Shown piece after piece: positions 1-11,906 of a stretch of DNA of 64,000 nucleotides; position 1 is the first letter of the stretch, and every line of letters starts with the position of its first letter. Below the pieces are notes generated by a model. It was not told the origin of the DNA. It saw nothing but the letters and a program-made list of their open reading frames with translations, and made no database searches. Source of the stretch: Octopus sinensis (Eukaryota); contig NC_043015.1 of the NCBI RefSeq assembly GCF_006345805.1, forward strand, positions 46,252,001 through 46,316,000. The letters run 5' to 3'. The position numbers and the translations under genes were made by a program.

Positions 1-1258
1 GTGACTAGGCTATAGCCGACACTACCAGACATTTTGAGCATCTCTGCAGTGATTCCTGATGGGCCTGGGGCTTTCCCTGTCTTCATGCTTCTAATTGCCT
101 TAGCTACCACAGAACTATCAACTCGGATAGCTGGTCCCTCTGTTGGGTCAACATTCGGCAGACTCTCTTTATCCCATTCATTTTCTTCATTCAGCACCTT
201 CATAGTGGCATCTCCAAACCTCTCTCTTTGCATCCTCATTTAGCGCAAGTGAACCATCTTCCATGCGAACACACTTCTCTCCTACCACATCACGATTCTC
301 TCTCACACACTGTCTTGCAACACGAAACACCTCCAGTCTTTGGTCCTCACGGCGCAGAACATTGGCAAATTTTTTCTTATCTGCTCCCCTCTGGCTAAAT
401 AAACCTGTCTCCTAGCTTCTCTTTTGGCAGTCTGATACAATTCCCTGCTACCCCCATTTTTCCAGACCTTCCAAGCCTGTCTCTTTCTCTAATAGCCCTG
501 TCTACAATATTGTTCCACCACCACGTTATTCTAGGTCGAGAGGGGACTTTGCACCAGCCACAGATCTGGTCAGTGGCTCTCAGCAGGTTGTCCCTTAGAA
601 ACGTCCAGCTGTCTTCTACCCCCTGTGATGCTCTATCCCTTCTACTTCATCAGAGGCTTCAAGTAATATGTCCCTAAATCTCTGTCCATTTGCAGGATCT
701 TTAAGCTTCCAGATCCTTCTTCTCCATATTTGTCGTCTTCTGGTTGTCCTCCTAGTCCTGATCCTAAAGTCACTAACTACCAGTCTATGTTGTGGGGTAC
801 ATTCTTCACCTGGGAAGGTTTTGGCATTTATAAGCAGCCATCTCTCCCTTTGCCTTGTAAGGATGTAGTCAATTTGGCTGGTATGTTGGCCCGATTGGTA
901 AGTGACTAGGTGGCTGGTAGGTTTCCTGAAGTTAGTGTTGCAAATCATAAGATTATTTGCATCGCAGAACTCCAGCAGCCTGGTTCCCTCCTCGTTGCGG
1001 GAGCCATAGCCATAGCCTCCATGTACGCCATGGAAGCCCCCAGCATGTCGTCCAACGTGACCATTGAAGTCACCAGCCATAAAGATAAGGTCTCTGTCGT
1101 TCGTCAATGAGGTAGTCTGCAATAGAGTGTCATAGAATCGGTCTTTCTGTCCATCGGGTAGCCCCGACTGAGGAGCATAGGCTGATATAATGGTTGCTAA
1201 ACTATGATGAAGCACTAATCTAATCTTAAGTATTCTGTCACTTACTCTGATTACCTCA
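1..1258 (-). mobile_element. RTE-clade LINE ORF fragment: APE endonuclease plus start of the RT region, frameshifted, runs off the window start
   Basis: ORF 616..1503(-), after its TA-repeat part, reads [10 protein letters not shown]...[11 protein letters not shown]...NTNFRK...SQIDYIL...QHRLVVSD (APE endonuclease motifs). 1-240(-) reads ...MKTGKAPGPSGITAEMLK, the pre-RT motif. Confidence 0.9.
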
Positions 1259-1280
1259 ATGTATATGTATATATATGTAT

Positions 1281-1331
<51 letters not shown>

Positions 1332-1400
1332 GTATATGTATATATATATGTATATATTTATGTGTGTATATATATATATATGTATATATATATTGTGTAT

Positions 1401-1448
<48 letters not shown>

Positions 1449-1465
1449 TGTATATATATATATGC

Positions 1466-1803
1466 ATCTGGCTTCTGTGCCGGTGGCACATAAAAAGCAC
1501 CATCCGAACGTGGCCGTTGCCAGCCCCGCCTTGGCTGGCTTCCGTGCAGGTGGCACGTTAAAAGCTCCAACCGATCGTGGCCAATGCTGGACCCCCCCTG
1601 GCACCTGTGCAGGTGGCACGTAAAAAGCACCCACTACACTCGCGCAGTGGTTGGCGTTAGGAAGGGCATCCAGCTGTAGAAACTCTGCCAGATCAGACTG
1701 AAGCCTGGTGCAGCCTCTGGCTTCCCAGACCCCGGTCGAACTGTCCAACCCGTGCTAGCGCGGAAAACGGACGTTAAACGATGATGTTGATGATGATGAT
1801 GAT
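1466..1803 (+). mobile_element. 3' UTR/tail of an RTE-type LINE with internal tandem repeats, ending in (GAT)n
   Basis: The same sequence is attached to an RTE ORF end at 44403-45260(-). Further copies at ~6895-7170, 24885-25740, 29305-29640, 30770-30965, 33912-34235, 35650-35910, 38100-38200 and 54700-55120. Confidence 0.85.
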
Positions 1804-1804
1804 A

Positions 1805-1816
1805 TGTATATATATA

Positions 1817-1856
<40 letters not shown>

Positions 1857-2033
1857 TATATATGTATATATATATATGCATATATATGTATATATATATG
1901 CATATATATGTATATATATATATGCATATATATGTATTTATATATATGCATATATATATGTATATATATATATATGCATATATATGTATATATATATGCA
2001 TATATATATGTATATATATTATATATGTATGTA

Positions 2034-2066
<33 letters not shown>

Positions 2067-2134
2067 GTATATTATATATATGTATGTATGATAGTATATA
2101 TATATGTATGTATGTATGTATATATGTATATATA

Positions 2135-2176
<42 letters not shown>

Positions 2177-2377
2177 TATATATAATATATGTATATATAT
2201 GTATGTATGTATATATGTATATATATATGTATGTATATATATATGTATGTATATATGTATGTATATATGTATGTATATATGTATGTAATATGTATGTATA
2301 TATGTTATATGTATATATATATGTATATATGTATGTATATATGTATGTATATATGTATATATATATATGTATATATG

Positions 2378-2445
<68 letters not shown>
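1805..2445. repeat. Compound (TA)n/(TATG)n microsatellite array; similar arrays at 1259-1465, 37385-37835, 46690-47260 and 55990-56320
   Basis: Directly visible; source of the spurious YI/MY-repeat ORFs. Confidence 0.95.
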
Positions 2446-2449
<4 letters not shown>

Positions 2450-2627
2450 AGATCGTTAGCCACTACACACATTTTTTTCTCTCCTTGATTTTTCTGTGTA
2501 TCTTTCTGTAGAAGAGCATAGGCTCGAAACGTAAAAGACTTTTTCTATTCCTGAGCGTTATACTAATACATCTGTTTGTTTTGTACACCACCTGTCTTCG
2601 TCTTTTATTTTTTTCGTAAACTCTCCC

Positions 2628-2632
<5 letters not shown>
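2445..2632 (+). ncRNA. Short non-coding element with a minimal type I hammerhead-like motif (family 1, core CTGTAGA)
   Basis: TCTTT-CTGTAGA-A-GAGC-ATAG-GCTC-GAAA-CGT-A-AAAGA at 2501-2538, with perfect stems I and II. Second copy at 60215-60410. Confidence 0.6.
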
Positions 2633-2661
<29 letters not shown>

Positions 2662-2998
2662 TGTATGCATGCATATATATAAATATAATGTTTGTGTGGC
2701 GAAAGTAAAGAATACGTACACCCAGTGTTTCAGGTTAGGGTATTTGTTATGCCGAAAACGGGTGGTATACGTATTCTTTACCTCCTCTCAGTTTTCTGCA
2801 AATACTTTTCAGAGTGTGTAAATTACGAGTATATAGAAATTTGATGTGAAAAGAAAAAACAGTGGACACATACTTACTAACACGCCTCATAATTTATTTC
2901 TAAATTTCAAGTTTCATTTTGAAGATATGATGTGTGTTACTATGTATGTGTACAAGTCCACCAATTTTCTGTTTTCATATTAAATTCCGATGCAATCG

Positions 2999-3290
2999 AG
3001 ATCTTTTCCTTTTGAACGGCACATGTCAACACAATTTCTAGTTAACTAAACACTTTAAAACTTCGTATACTTGTAGAATGTGTCAAAATAAAACATTTTT
3101 TTTCTTGAGAAAATTGTAATTTGCTTGTTTAACGTAGTTTAATTTTTCGAATTTTAACCAATCAATTGCCTCTAATTGAGCTAAAATCATTTGCTGCTTC
3201 TAAAACTGAGACGACATCCTGTCACTAACCCTAACCCTAACCCTCACCCTAACCCTAAATTTTAGCCGTTCGTTTTTTTTTTCTTAATTG
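2999..3290 (+). mobile_element. Left part of a non-autonomous TIR element (GATCTTTTC termini) containing an interstitial (CCCTAA)n tract
   Basis: Starts GATCTTTTCCTTTGAACGGCA, with CCCTAA repeats at ~3225-3258. Homologous to 56661-57100 and, inverted, to 11400-11767. Confidence 0.7.
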
Positions 3291-3509
3291 TTAAATTAAT
3301 TTAATTGTTACGCGTGTGTCTAAAATTATTCGTTTTGCTTTTGTTTTGAGTTTTTGCTTTTGTTTTAGCCTTTCGTTATGTATACGTACGGAAAGCGTGT
3401 GTATAAAATTATATAATTATTTTGTTTGTTAATTGTTTAAATTATTTTCCATTGCTTTCGTTTTAGCCTTTCGTTTTTTTTTCTTAATCGTTATCCTTAA
3501 ATTAATTTC

Positions 3510-5207
3510 TGTGTCAGTGCTGGGAAGAGGGTACAGTCCCTCAGGATATGTGGGATGCCAACATCATTACGCTTTACAAAAACAAAGGTGACCATGGTGA
3601 TTGTAACAATTACCGTGGTATATCCCTTCTAAGCACTGTTGGAAAGACCTTTGCCCGCGTTATCCTGGCCAGGCTACAACTACTTGCTTCTCGAATCTAT
3701 CCAGAATCGCATTGTGGCTTTAGAAGAAGCAGATCAACTATCGATATGATATTCTCCATACGCCAACTTCAGGAGAAGTCCAGAGAGCAGAAAATGCCAT
3801 TATATATGGCCTTCATTGATCTAACAAAGGCTTTTGACTCGGTAAGCAGAACAGGTCTCTTCCTCCTGCTCCAAAAATCGGATGTCCACCAAAGCTGCTG
3901 AGGATCATCAAGTCTTTCCATGATGACATGCAAGGCACCATACAGCACAACGGTTCAACATCAGCCGCCTTCCAAATAAAAAACGGGGTAAAGCAAGGCT
4001 GTGTCCTCGCTCCTACGTTGTTTGGCATCTTCTCACTCTTACTTTCACATGCCTTTCAGACATCAGATGATGGAGTGTTTCTGCACAGTAGAAGTGACGG
4101 GAAACTGTTCAATCTCTCGCGCCTGCATGCCAAGACCAAAATCAGAAACGTCCTGATCAAGGAGATGTTATTTGCTGATGATGCCACTCTGGTAACACAC
4201 ACAGAAGAAGCCCTCCAAAGGCTCATTAACTGTTTTGAGCAAGCATGTAACGACTTTGGCTTAGCTATCAGCCTTAAGAAGACCAATATCATGGGCCAGG
4301 CTACATCGGACATCCCAAACATACATATTGGAGACCACAGATTACAAGAGGTGGAGAAGTTTACCTATCTGGGCTCTACCGTCATCTTCAACCTATCCCT
4401 TGATGCTGAGCTCAATATACGCATTGGCAAGGCAGCTGCTGCGATGGCCCAGCTCTCCAAACGGGCTTGGGACAACAATAAGCTGACCAAGACAACGAAA
4501 ATGAAGATCTACCAGGCATGTGTACTCAGCACTCTACTGTATGGAAGCGAGACCTGGACGCTATACACACGCCAAGAGCATCGCCTAAACATCTTTCACC
4601 TGCGCTGCCTCCGAAAAATCCTCCGCATCAAATGGCAGAATCATATCCCCAACAAAGATGTCCTCAGGCAAGCAGGAATACCAAGCATGTTTGCACTCCT
4701 CACACAAAGACGTATGAGATGGCTTGGGCATGTTAGCCGTATGAAAGATGGCAGAATCCCCAAGGGCATACTCTACGGAGAGCTTGCTAGGGTACTAGGT
4801 CTGTGGGTAGACCGATCTTACGATACAAGGTGTTTGCAAAAGGGACATGAAGGCCTGCAACATCAATATTAGCGGTTGGGAGGCAGTTGCCGGCAACCGT
4901 GGAGAATGGCGACGTACCGTAAAAGAGGGAATACAAAGGAGTGACAGAGAGAGAGAGGAGAAATGGAAAGAAAGGAAGAGACGTAAACAAGAGACTATGG
5001 CACTACAACCAGCCAGGAACAGTCTTCGCTACATTTGCGGTACCTGCCAGAGGGAGTGTTTGTCCAGGATAGGACTACACAGCCACAGCAGGAAATTTAT
5101 CAGGACATGAAATATAAAAGCCGGACTAGACCCTCAAAAAAAAAAAAAAAAAAAACATACGCAACTCCATTGTCCCCCGAGACAGAAAGGATGCCAATAC
5201 AATACAA
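3510..5207 (+). mobile_element. 5'-truncated RTE (BovB-like) LINE: RT domain, C-terminal Cys/His motif and 3' tail, frameshifted
   Basis: NYRGISLLS, FIDLTKAFDSV, GVKQGCVLAPTLF, MLFADD, FTYLGS, WLGHVSRM, CGTCQRECLSRIGLHSH across ORFs 3548-3901, 3928-4872 and 4847-5110. Confidence 0.95.
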
Positions 5208-5678
5208 AATTGGCTATACTTCTATCCACAAAATATTTTAACAATTTTTTTTATATAATCCCTAATAATATTTCATTATAAGAGTACAGTAGGATGTTTT
5301 TTTACACACATCGAATGGCTATGGAGGTCCATCCAAATAAAACAGGTTTCAAAAGGGTTCACAGGTGAAAAATGTTTGAGAACCACTGAGTTAGAATCAT
5401 GTCTATCCCTTTTTTAAACAAATACATTTCTTAAAACTTCTCCCTCCTGTGTTGTCTTCTTTTTGTGCTTATTGTCTTATATTGTATTTTTTTTTCCTCC
5501 AACAGCTCATTAAAAGATCTGCGTGATGGCTGGCCATGCCTGTTATTCGTTTGATAGCGGTAACTCTTAAATATATACATCTTTCCCTATTTCGCATGTT
5601 TGCTTTTTCGCATCCTTCCAGCTTGCTTTCTTCCTTCCTTCCTTTCCTTTTGCCTTGCTTTTCCTCTTTACCTTCTCT

Positions 5679-6070
5679 CTCTTTTACTCTTTTACTTGTT
5701 TCAGTCATTTGACTGCGGCCATGCTGGAGCACCGCCTTTAATCAAGCAACTCAACCCCGGGACTTATTCTTTTGTAAGCTCAGTACTTATTCTATCAGTC
5801 TCTTTTGCCGAACCGCTAAGTAACGGGGACATAAACATACCAGCATCGGTTGTCAAGCAATGCTAGGGGGACAAACACAAACACACACACGCATATATAT
5901 ATATACATATATACGACGGGCTTCTTTCAGTTTCCGTCTACCAAATCCACTCACAAGGCTTTGATCGGCCCGAGGCTATAGTAGAAGACACTTTCCCAAG
6001 GTGCCATGCAGTGGGACTGAACCCGGAACCATGTGGTTGGTAAACAAGCTACTTACCACACAGCCACTCC
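5679..6070 (-). mobile_element. tRNA-derived SINE family A (~390 bp), full length
   Basis: A box TGGCTGTGTGG, B box GGTTCAGTCCC, central GCCTTGTGAGTGGATTTGGTAGACGGAAACTGAAAGAAGCCCGTCG (recalled as MetaSINE-like), (GTAAAAGA)n tail. About 20 copies or fragments in the window. Confidence 0.9.
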
Positions 6071-8159
6071 TTCTTTGTTAATTGCTGTCTCTCTTCCTTC
6101 TTTGCTTATTTTTGTCTAATTTACCATTATCATCTTTTTCTTATTTCAAGCAGTGGTGGTGGACAAATACAAACACATACACCCATAGATATATATATAT
6201 ACATATATGCACAGACACATATGATAGGCTACTTTCTGCATCCATCTACTAAATCCACTAACAAGACTATAATAGAAGAGACTTGCCCAAGGTACCATGC
6301 CTTGTGATTGACCCAAAAGTACATAACTGTGAACAAACTTTTTTAACAGCTATGGCAACGCATGCCTGCTTTATTTACTTAAACTTTAGTCAGTTTGTCA
6401 AAGCAATTTTTTCTGTCTTTCTTTTCATTTTATTTTTATTATTAACCATTTCAGTAACTGGTACCGCCCCAGACACTCAGACTGTAAAATGGTCAGATAT
6501 GAAAACTGGTTCAGATCCCGATGCATACATAGAAGGGTAGGTGAAATATTTAATTTCTATTAATCACCATCTTTGTCACAATCCTCGCTATCATCATCAT
6601 CATCACAATCATCATCTGCATCGTTGGTTTAGAATTTTGGCTGATTTTTTTTTATTCCATTATTGGTGAGTTAAACAGGATTGCAATTCTATTATTTTTG
6701 AGGCTGGGATTACAAGCATCCCCTACTCCTGAATGAGATGCTAATCCATCACAGAGTTAATAATCCTTAAGTACCACTGACAAACATTCCCAGCTGAGTG
6801 TACTGGAATAATGTGAAATGAAGTGCCTTGCTCAAGAATGTTTGTCAGTGGTACTTAAGAAATCTCACCTTGGGAGCCAGATTACACAGCTTGAGGTAGA
6901 CAGTTTGATCTGGCAGTTTTTCTACGATTGGATGCCCTTCCTAACGCCAACCACTCTGTGAGTGTAGTGGGTGCTTTTTACATGCCACCCGCACAGGTGC
7001 CAGATGGGGCTGGCAAACGGCCATGGACGGATGGTGCTTTTTACGTGCCACCGGCACAGGTGCCAGATGGGGCTGGCAAACGGCCATGGACGGATGGTGC
7101 TTTTTACGTGCCACCGGCACAGAGGCCAGGCGAGGCTGGCAACGGCCACGATTGGATGGTGCTTTTTACGTAGGTCACTGCATGAATTATGGGGTGACGG
7201 GGTCTTGATATTGTTTGCATACTGTAAAAAGCAATGTCCTTGTATTGTATTAGGTGGAGTTACTGTTTACGTTATTTGTTGCTGAAACATGGGCAGTACT
7301 TGAGTGGGCTGTCATTTAAAAGAAAAAGACAAAAGTAATATTCAGAAACAAATGAAGGTTGATGACAGGGAGAGCATTCAGATATCTAGAAGAACCTGCC
7401 TCAATATATCCCAGGTTAGCATAAAAAAAGGCAGTCATTAAAATGATGATGATGATGATGATGATGTATATGATTCTAGTGTTTGTCAGATTCATAATTC
7501 ATTTTACAGGACCAATCTCATTGGGGAAATTGTAATTAATGGAAGCAAGAAATATTACCGACTTGACTTGAGTAGACAGCTTGAGCAAGGTCATCAACCG
7601 AGCGTAACAGTAAGTATTCTTATTATTTTTTACATTGTAGTCGTGCATGGCTGTGTAGTTAAGAAACTTGGTCAACAACTTTTTGGCCTTAGGTTCATAC
7701 CCACTGTGTGGCACCTTGGGCAAATGTCTTCTTCTTTAGCTCCAGAATCTGTAGAGCAAGACTTGTTTGAGAACCACTGAGATAGAATCATGTCTATCCC
7801 TTTTTTAAACAAATACATTTCTTAAAACTTCTCCCTCCTGTGTTGTCTTCTTTGTTGTGCTTATCGTCTTATATTGTATTTCTTTTTTGGTAGATGGGAA
7901 ATTTAAATATACATATATATTCTTTTGTTTTAGTCATTTGACTGCAGCCATGCTGGAGCACTGCCTTTAGTCAAATAAATCGACCCCAGGACTTATTCTT
8001 TGTAAACCTAGTACTTATTCTATCACTCTCTTTTTCCAAACCACTAAGTTACGGAGACCTATACATATCAACATTGGTTGTCAAGTGATGGTGGGGGGTG
8101 GGGACAAATACAGACACACAAAAATACACACACAGACACACATACATATATATATATAT

Positions 8160-8640
8160 GTAAATGTAATATGTGACAATTATTTGGTAACCAAGATAAA
8201 ACTCTGAGTTTCGGATGCCGAGGTGGAAATCCACACCACCATCTCTTCAGTTATCCGGCCATCGGAAAAACGCTATGAAAAAAGACCAGCGCTATTCAAA
8301 TGAAGATGTGTACGCTTTTCTAGTGATGTATGCGTATGCACGTGGGTGTGCGAGTGCACATGTGTACGTATGAACAGGCACGCTTACGCCTTACCCTAAT
8401 TAGCTGTCATTTGAATAGCACTTTTGTCTGAATAGCGTCAATAACACAGTAATTTCCCTTTTTCTTTTGGTCGGACAACTGAAGAGATAGTGGCATGGAT
8501 TTCCACCTCGGCATCCAAAACTCAGAGTTTTATCTTGGCTACCAAATATCACATATTACATTTACAGATAAATTCCTCTATTTACATAATATTGAGGTCT
8601 CTTTCTTTCTTTTGTTATCTTACCGTTTTTACCAATATAT
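8160..8640. ncRNA. Inverted pair of hammerhead-bearing units (family 3): - strand motif at 8195-8255, degenerate + strand motif at 8474-8535
   Basis: Minus strand: GATAA-CTGAAGA-GATG...CATC-C-GAAA-CTCAGAG-TT-TTATC. Arms 8160-8262 and 8470-8570 are inverted repeats. Same family at 53517-53790. Confidence 0.6.
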
Positions 8641-8869
8641 ATATATATATATAGGTCCCGGGTTGAGTCGGGGTTAACCACAGTAAATAAGGTACTCAAT
8701 ACATAGCAGAGTAAATTAATTTATTTTAAATCTGCCTAAATGTATAAATGCCAAAACTATTCTTGACACCAAGCTTCCTGATGATTTCATTTGAATGAAA
8801 CAGTTCTAGTCCTGCAGAAGCTCCTTCTATAATAAAAAAAAAAAAAATATATATATATAATATATATAT

Positions 8870-9300
8870 ATATTGTTATATTTCGGAATGGTCATTTTGC
8901 CAGTTTAGCCAATAAAAACACATGCACTATATATTTGGTGTTATTTTGCTTCAGTTTTATTTATTTTTTACATTAATCTTAATTTTATTTTGGCCAGAGT
9001 TCTTTTGTCACACTCCTGTGACCGCATCAGTGGTCCTTTGTTTTCTTCTTTCTTATTTGTGTCTCTCTTTACTAACCGTCAGTCATTTTGTATTTCTATT
9101 GTATGTCTTCATTTGCGCATGCTTATATCTCTATGTGTGTCTATGTTTATTTAGTGTGTGTATGTGGGGAGATGCCTGTAATATTTGTATCTTCTGTTTA
9201 TATATGTTCATGTAATTTGTATTTTGTTTTTGTTGTTTTTGTTTATTCTTATTTTGTTCATGTGTTTACATCCACTTATTATTATCATTACATATGCTTG
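8870..9300 (-). mobile_element. Degenerate copy of the hammerhead family 4 element
   Basis: Reverse complement of 36270-36660; core decayed to CTGATGCG...AAAA. Confidence 0.55.
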
Positions 9301-9416
9301 TATGTATGTATGTATGCATGTATGTATAACAACAATACTAGTAATAATAATAATAAATCGAATCGAAAAAAAAATTTATATATATATAAAAATTCCTGCA
9401 CAACAAATATTTAAAC

Positions 9417-9499
<83 letters not shown>

Positions 9500-9879
9500 A
9501 ATATATAAGTAAAAGAATTTTAATAACATCTTCATTCAGCTCCATTTATTTACTTATAATACACAAATTACTGCTCATTAACCCGGAGTTTCTACCTTTG
9601 AATAGGTCGCTACATCCTTGTTACTTGCATGAATTTTGCTACCCTGGTAACTGTTTATTGAATTTTTCATGTTAACTGTAAACAGAAGATAATTCATTCA
9701 TCCATTTATATATATATATATATATACACACACAAACATATGACAGTTTTCATTCAGTTTCTGTCTACCAAATCCACTCATGGCTTTGGTCGACCCAAGG
9801 CTATACTAGAAGTCATTTGCCCAAGGTGCCATGCAGTGGGACTGAACTTGGAACCATGTGATTAGTAAGCACCCAGAGG

Positions 9880-10850
9880 CAGGGTAGAACAGTGTTCACC
9901 TAATTAGACATAGTTGACTTTTACCCATCTATATCACAAGAGTTACTGATCAAAGTACTTTCCTTTGCTAGATGCTTCACCGATTTTAGTGACAGAGACG
10001 TAGCTGCCATCTTAGATGCTAGTAAAATAGTGCTGTTCAATAAAGGTTGACATGGGTCAAGCAGTCTGACCCCGAGGGTTCCTTCATTATGGTGATGGGA
10101 GCCTATGACAGTGCTGACATTCCTGACCTCATTAGGCTCTACATTCTGAATACCTATTTCTTTATTACCCACAAGGGGCTAAACATAGAGGGGAAAAACA
10201 AGGACAGACATAGGTATTAAGTCGATTACATCGACCCCAGTGCGTAACTGGTACTTAATTTATCGACCCCGAAAGGATGAAAGGCAAAGTCCACCTCGGC
10301 GGAATTTGAACTCACAACGTAACGGCAGCCGAAATACCTATTTCTTTATTACCCACAAGGGGCTAAACACAGAGGGGAAAAACAAGGACAGACATAGGTA
10401 TTAAGTCGATTACATCGACCCCAGTGCGTAACTGGTACTTAATTTATCGACCCCGAAAGGATGAAAGGCAAAGTCGACCTCGGCGGAATTTGAACTCACA
10501 ACGTAACGGCAGCCGAAATACCGCTAAGCATTTCGCCCGACGTGCTAACATTTCTGCCAGCTCGCCACCTTTCTGAATACCTTAGGATAGAAGTTCCTTC
10601 CAGTGCTCTTTGGTCTCTACAGAGATGACACTCTGGCCATCTCCAGAGGAGCCAATAGGCACACCCTTGATAGGCTTAGAAAGGACCTGTCTAGCACACT
10701 AGGCTCCATGGGACACAATATAACAACAGACACCAACCTCACTATCGTAAACTTCACAGATGTCACACTAAACTTGGGCTCCAGTGCATACAGCATCTTC
10801 ACATGTAGCCTAGCCTGAAAGCTGATGCTGCAAGGGAACCTGAGAGGTAA
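9880..10850 (+). mobile_element. Penelope-like element RT fragment, interrupted by a SINE dimer
   Basis: DIVDFYPSIS...MGAYDSADIPDLIRLYILNT / LFGLYRDDTLAI...VNFTDVTLNL (PLE RT motifs including the YRDD catalytic motif). Confidence 0.85.
10156..10570 (-). mobile_element. tRNA-like SINE family B, head-to-tail dimer (184-bp period) with a 12-bp TSD TTCTGAATACCT
   Basis: TSD at 10144-10155 and 10571-10582; domain GCCGAGGTCGACTTTGCCTTTCATCCTTTCGGGGTCGATAAA. Confidence 0.9.
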
Positions 10851-10914
10851 GTGAATCACACCTTGTCCCTTATACTACACTTCCTGACTAATTACTCTTC
10901 TCACAAATATACTC

Positions 10915-11210
10915 ATCTTTATACATAAAACTGAAGTTGTGTGTGTGAGTGTCTGTCTCCTCCGATTTAGATTCCTAACTACTCCCACATTTTGCGGTGC
11001 AGTTTAACCAAAAGTGGGTATCTTATAGTCGTCATTCATATCGAGCCCTTCTGGGTATTAGCGTGCGTCTACAATTTAAAAAAAATTTACCATAATTTTT
11101 CCGCATTTTTAATGATTTTTGCTCGGGTTATATAAGGGAAGTAACTCTCTAAAAATGCTTATATAGTTATTTCCCTTAGAAACCCGAGCAACACTGGGCG
11201 ATACTGCTAG
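10915..11210 (+). mobile_element. Non-autonomous Helitron-like element
   Basis: Starts TCTTTATA and ends with a GC-rich subterminal segment plus GATACTGCTAG. Related copies at 18738-19118, 22165-22552, 34705-35222 and 63910-64000. Confidence 0.65.
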
Positions 11211-11399
11211 TAGTACATAAAGCTACTTTTTCTTTTATGACAGCTAAATAAAAGAAATCATACCATAACTCTTACTTATGGATCTTGGTGCGTGCTTTTT
11301 TAATTGTAAGTAGTTTTTTTCTTCTTTCCTACTAAAAAAAAAATATCAAAAACAAAAACTCTCAATGCCATCACCAGAGTGAGCACCTTTTCAAACTCC

Positions 11400-11767
11400 A
11401 CCCATCTAACACCCGTGGGCATATTTACAAAGTCAGAAAACAGCACAGCTCCCATGACTTTAGGGTTAGTGGTGGGGGAAGGGTATCTTTTTTTTCTTCA
11501 CAAATGTAAATAAACCCAATCTGTTTCTTTAACGAGGGACATATTCATACAGCATAGAATGCTTTTAATTCAATAGACGCCAGTGATTGGTTAAAATTGC
11601 CGAAATGCAAGAAATTAAAGACGAAATATGTTATAAACTACAGAATTTTCTCAATAAAGCCAAGAGAAAATGAAGTTTTATAAACACATTCTACCAGTAT
11701 ACAAAGTTAAAAATATTTTAGTTACCTAGAAATTATGTTAAAAACTGCTGTTCAAACCGAAAAGATC
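11400..11767 (-). mobile_element. Inverted copy of the GATCTTTTC-TIR non-autonomous element
   Basis: Ends AAAAACTGCTGTTCAAACCGAAAAGATC; body is the reverse complement of 56670-56970. Confidence 0.7.
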
Positions 11768-11906
11768 TGGTTTCCACAGCATAACAATGACCAAGATTAC
11801 AACATCTATGCTGAATGGAATGCCAGTCCATTGCATGGTTAACCACTAACAACCAACACCCTAACCACTAAGTATGTATTTAGCAAGAGTGTAATTTACT
11901 TTTAGT

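Noticed and set aside
1251-2488. Many long ORFs of YI/MY/VC dipeptides here and at 31509-32437, 37244-37873, 38462-39670 and 46650-47121
   Set aside because: Translations of microsatellites and minisatellites; no coding signal.
3225-3258. Telomere repeats as a chromosome end or fusion site
   Set aside because: Short tracts embedded in dispersed TIR elements.
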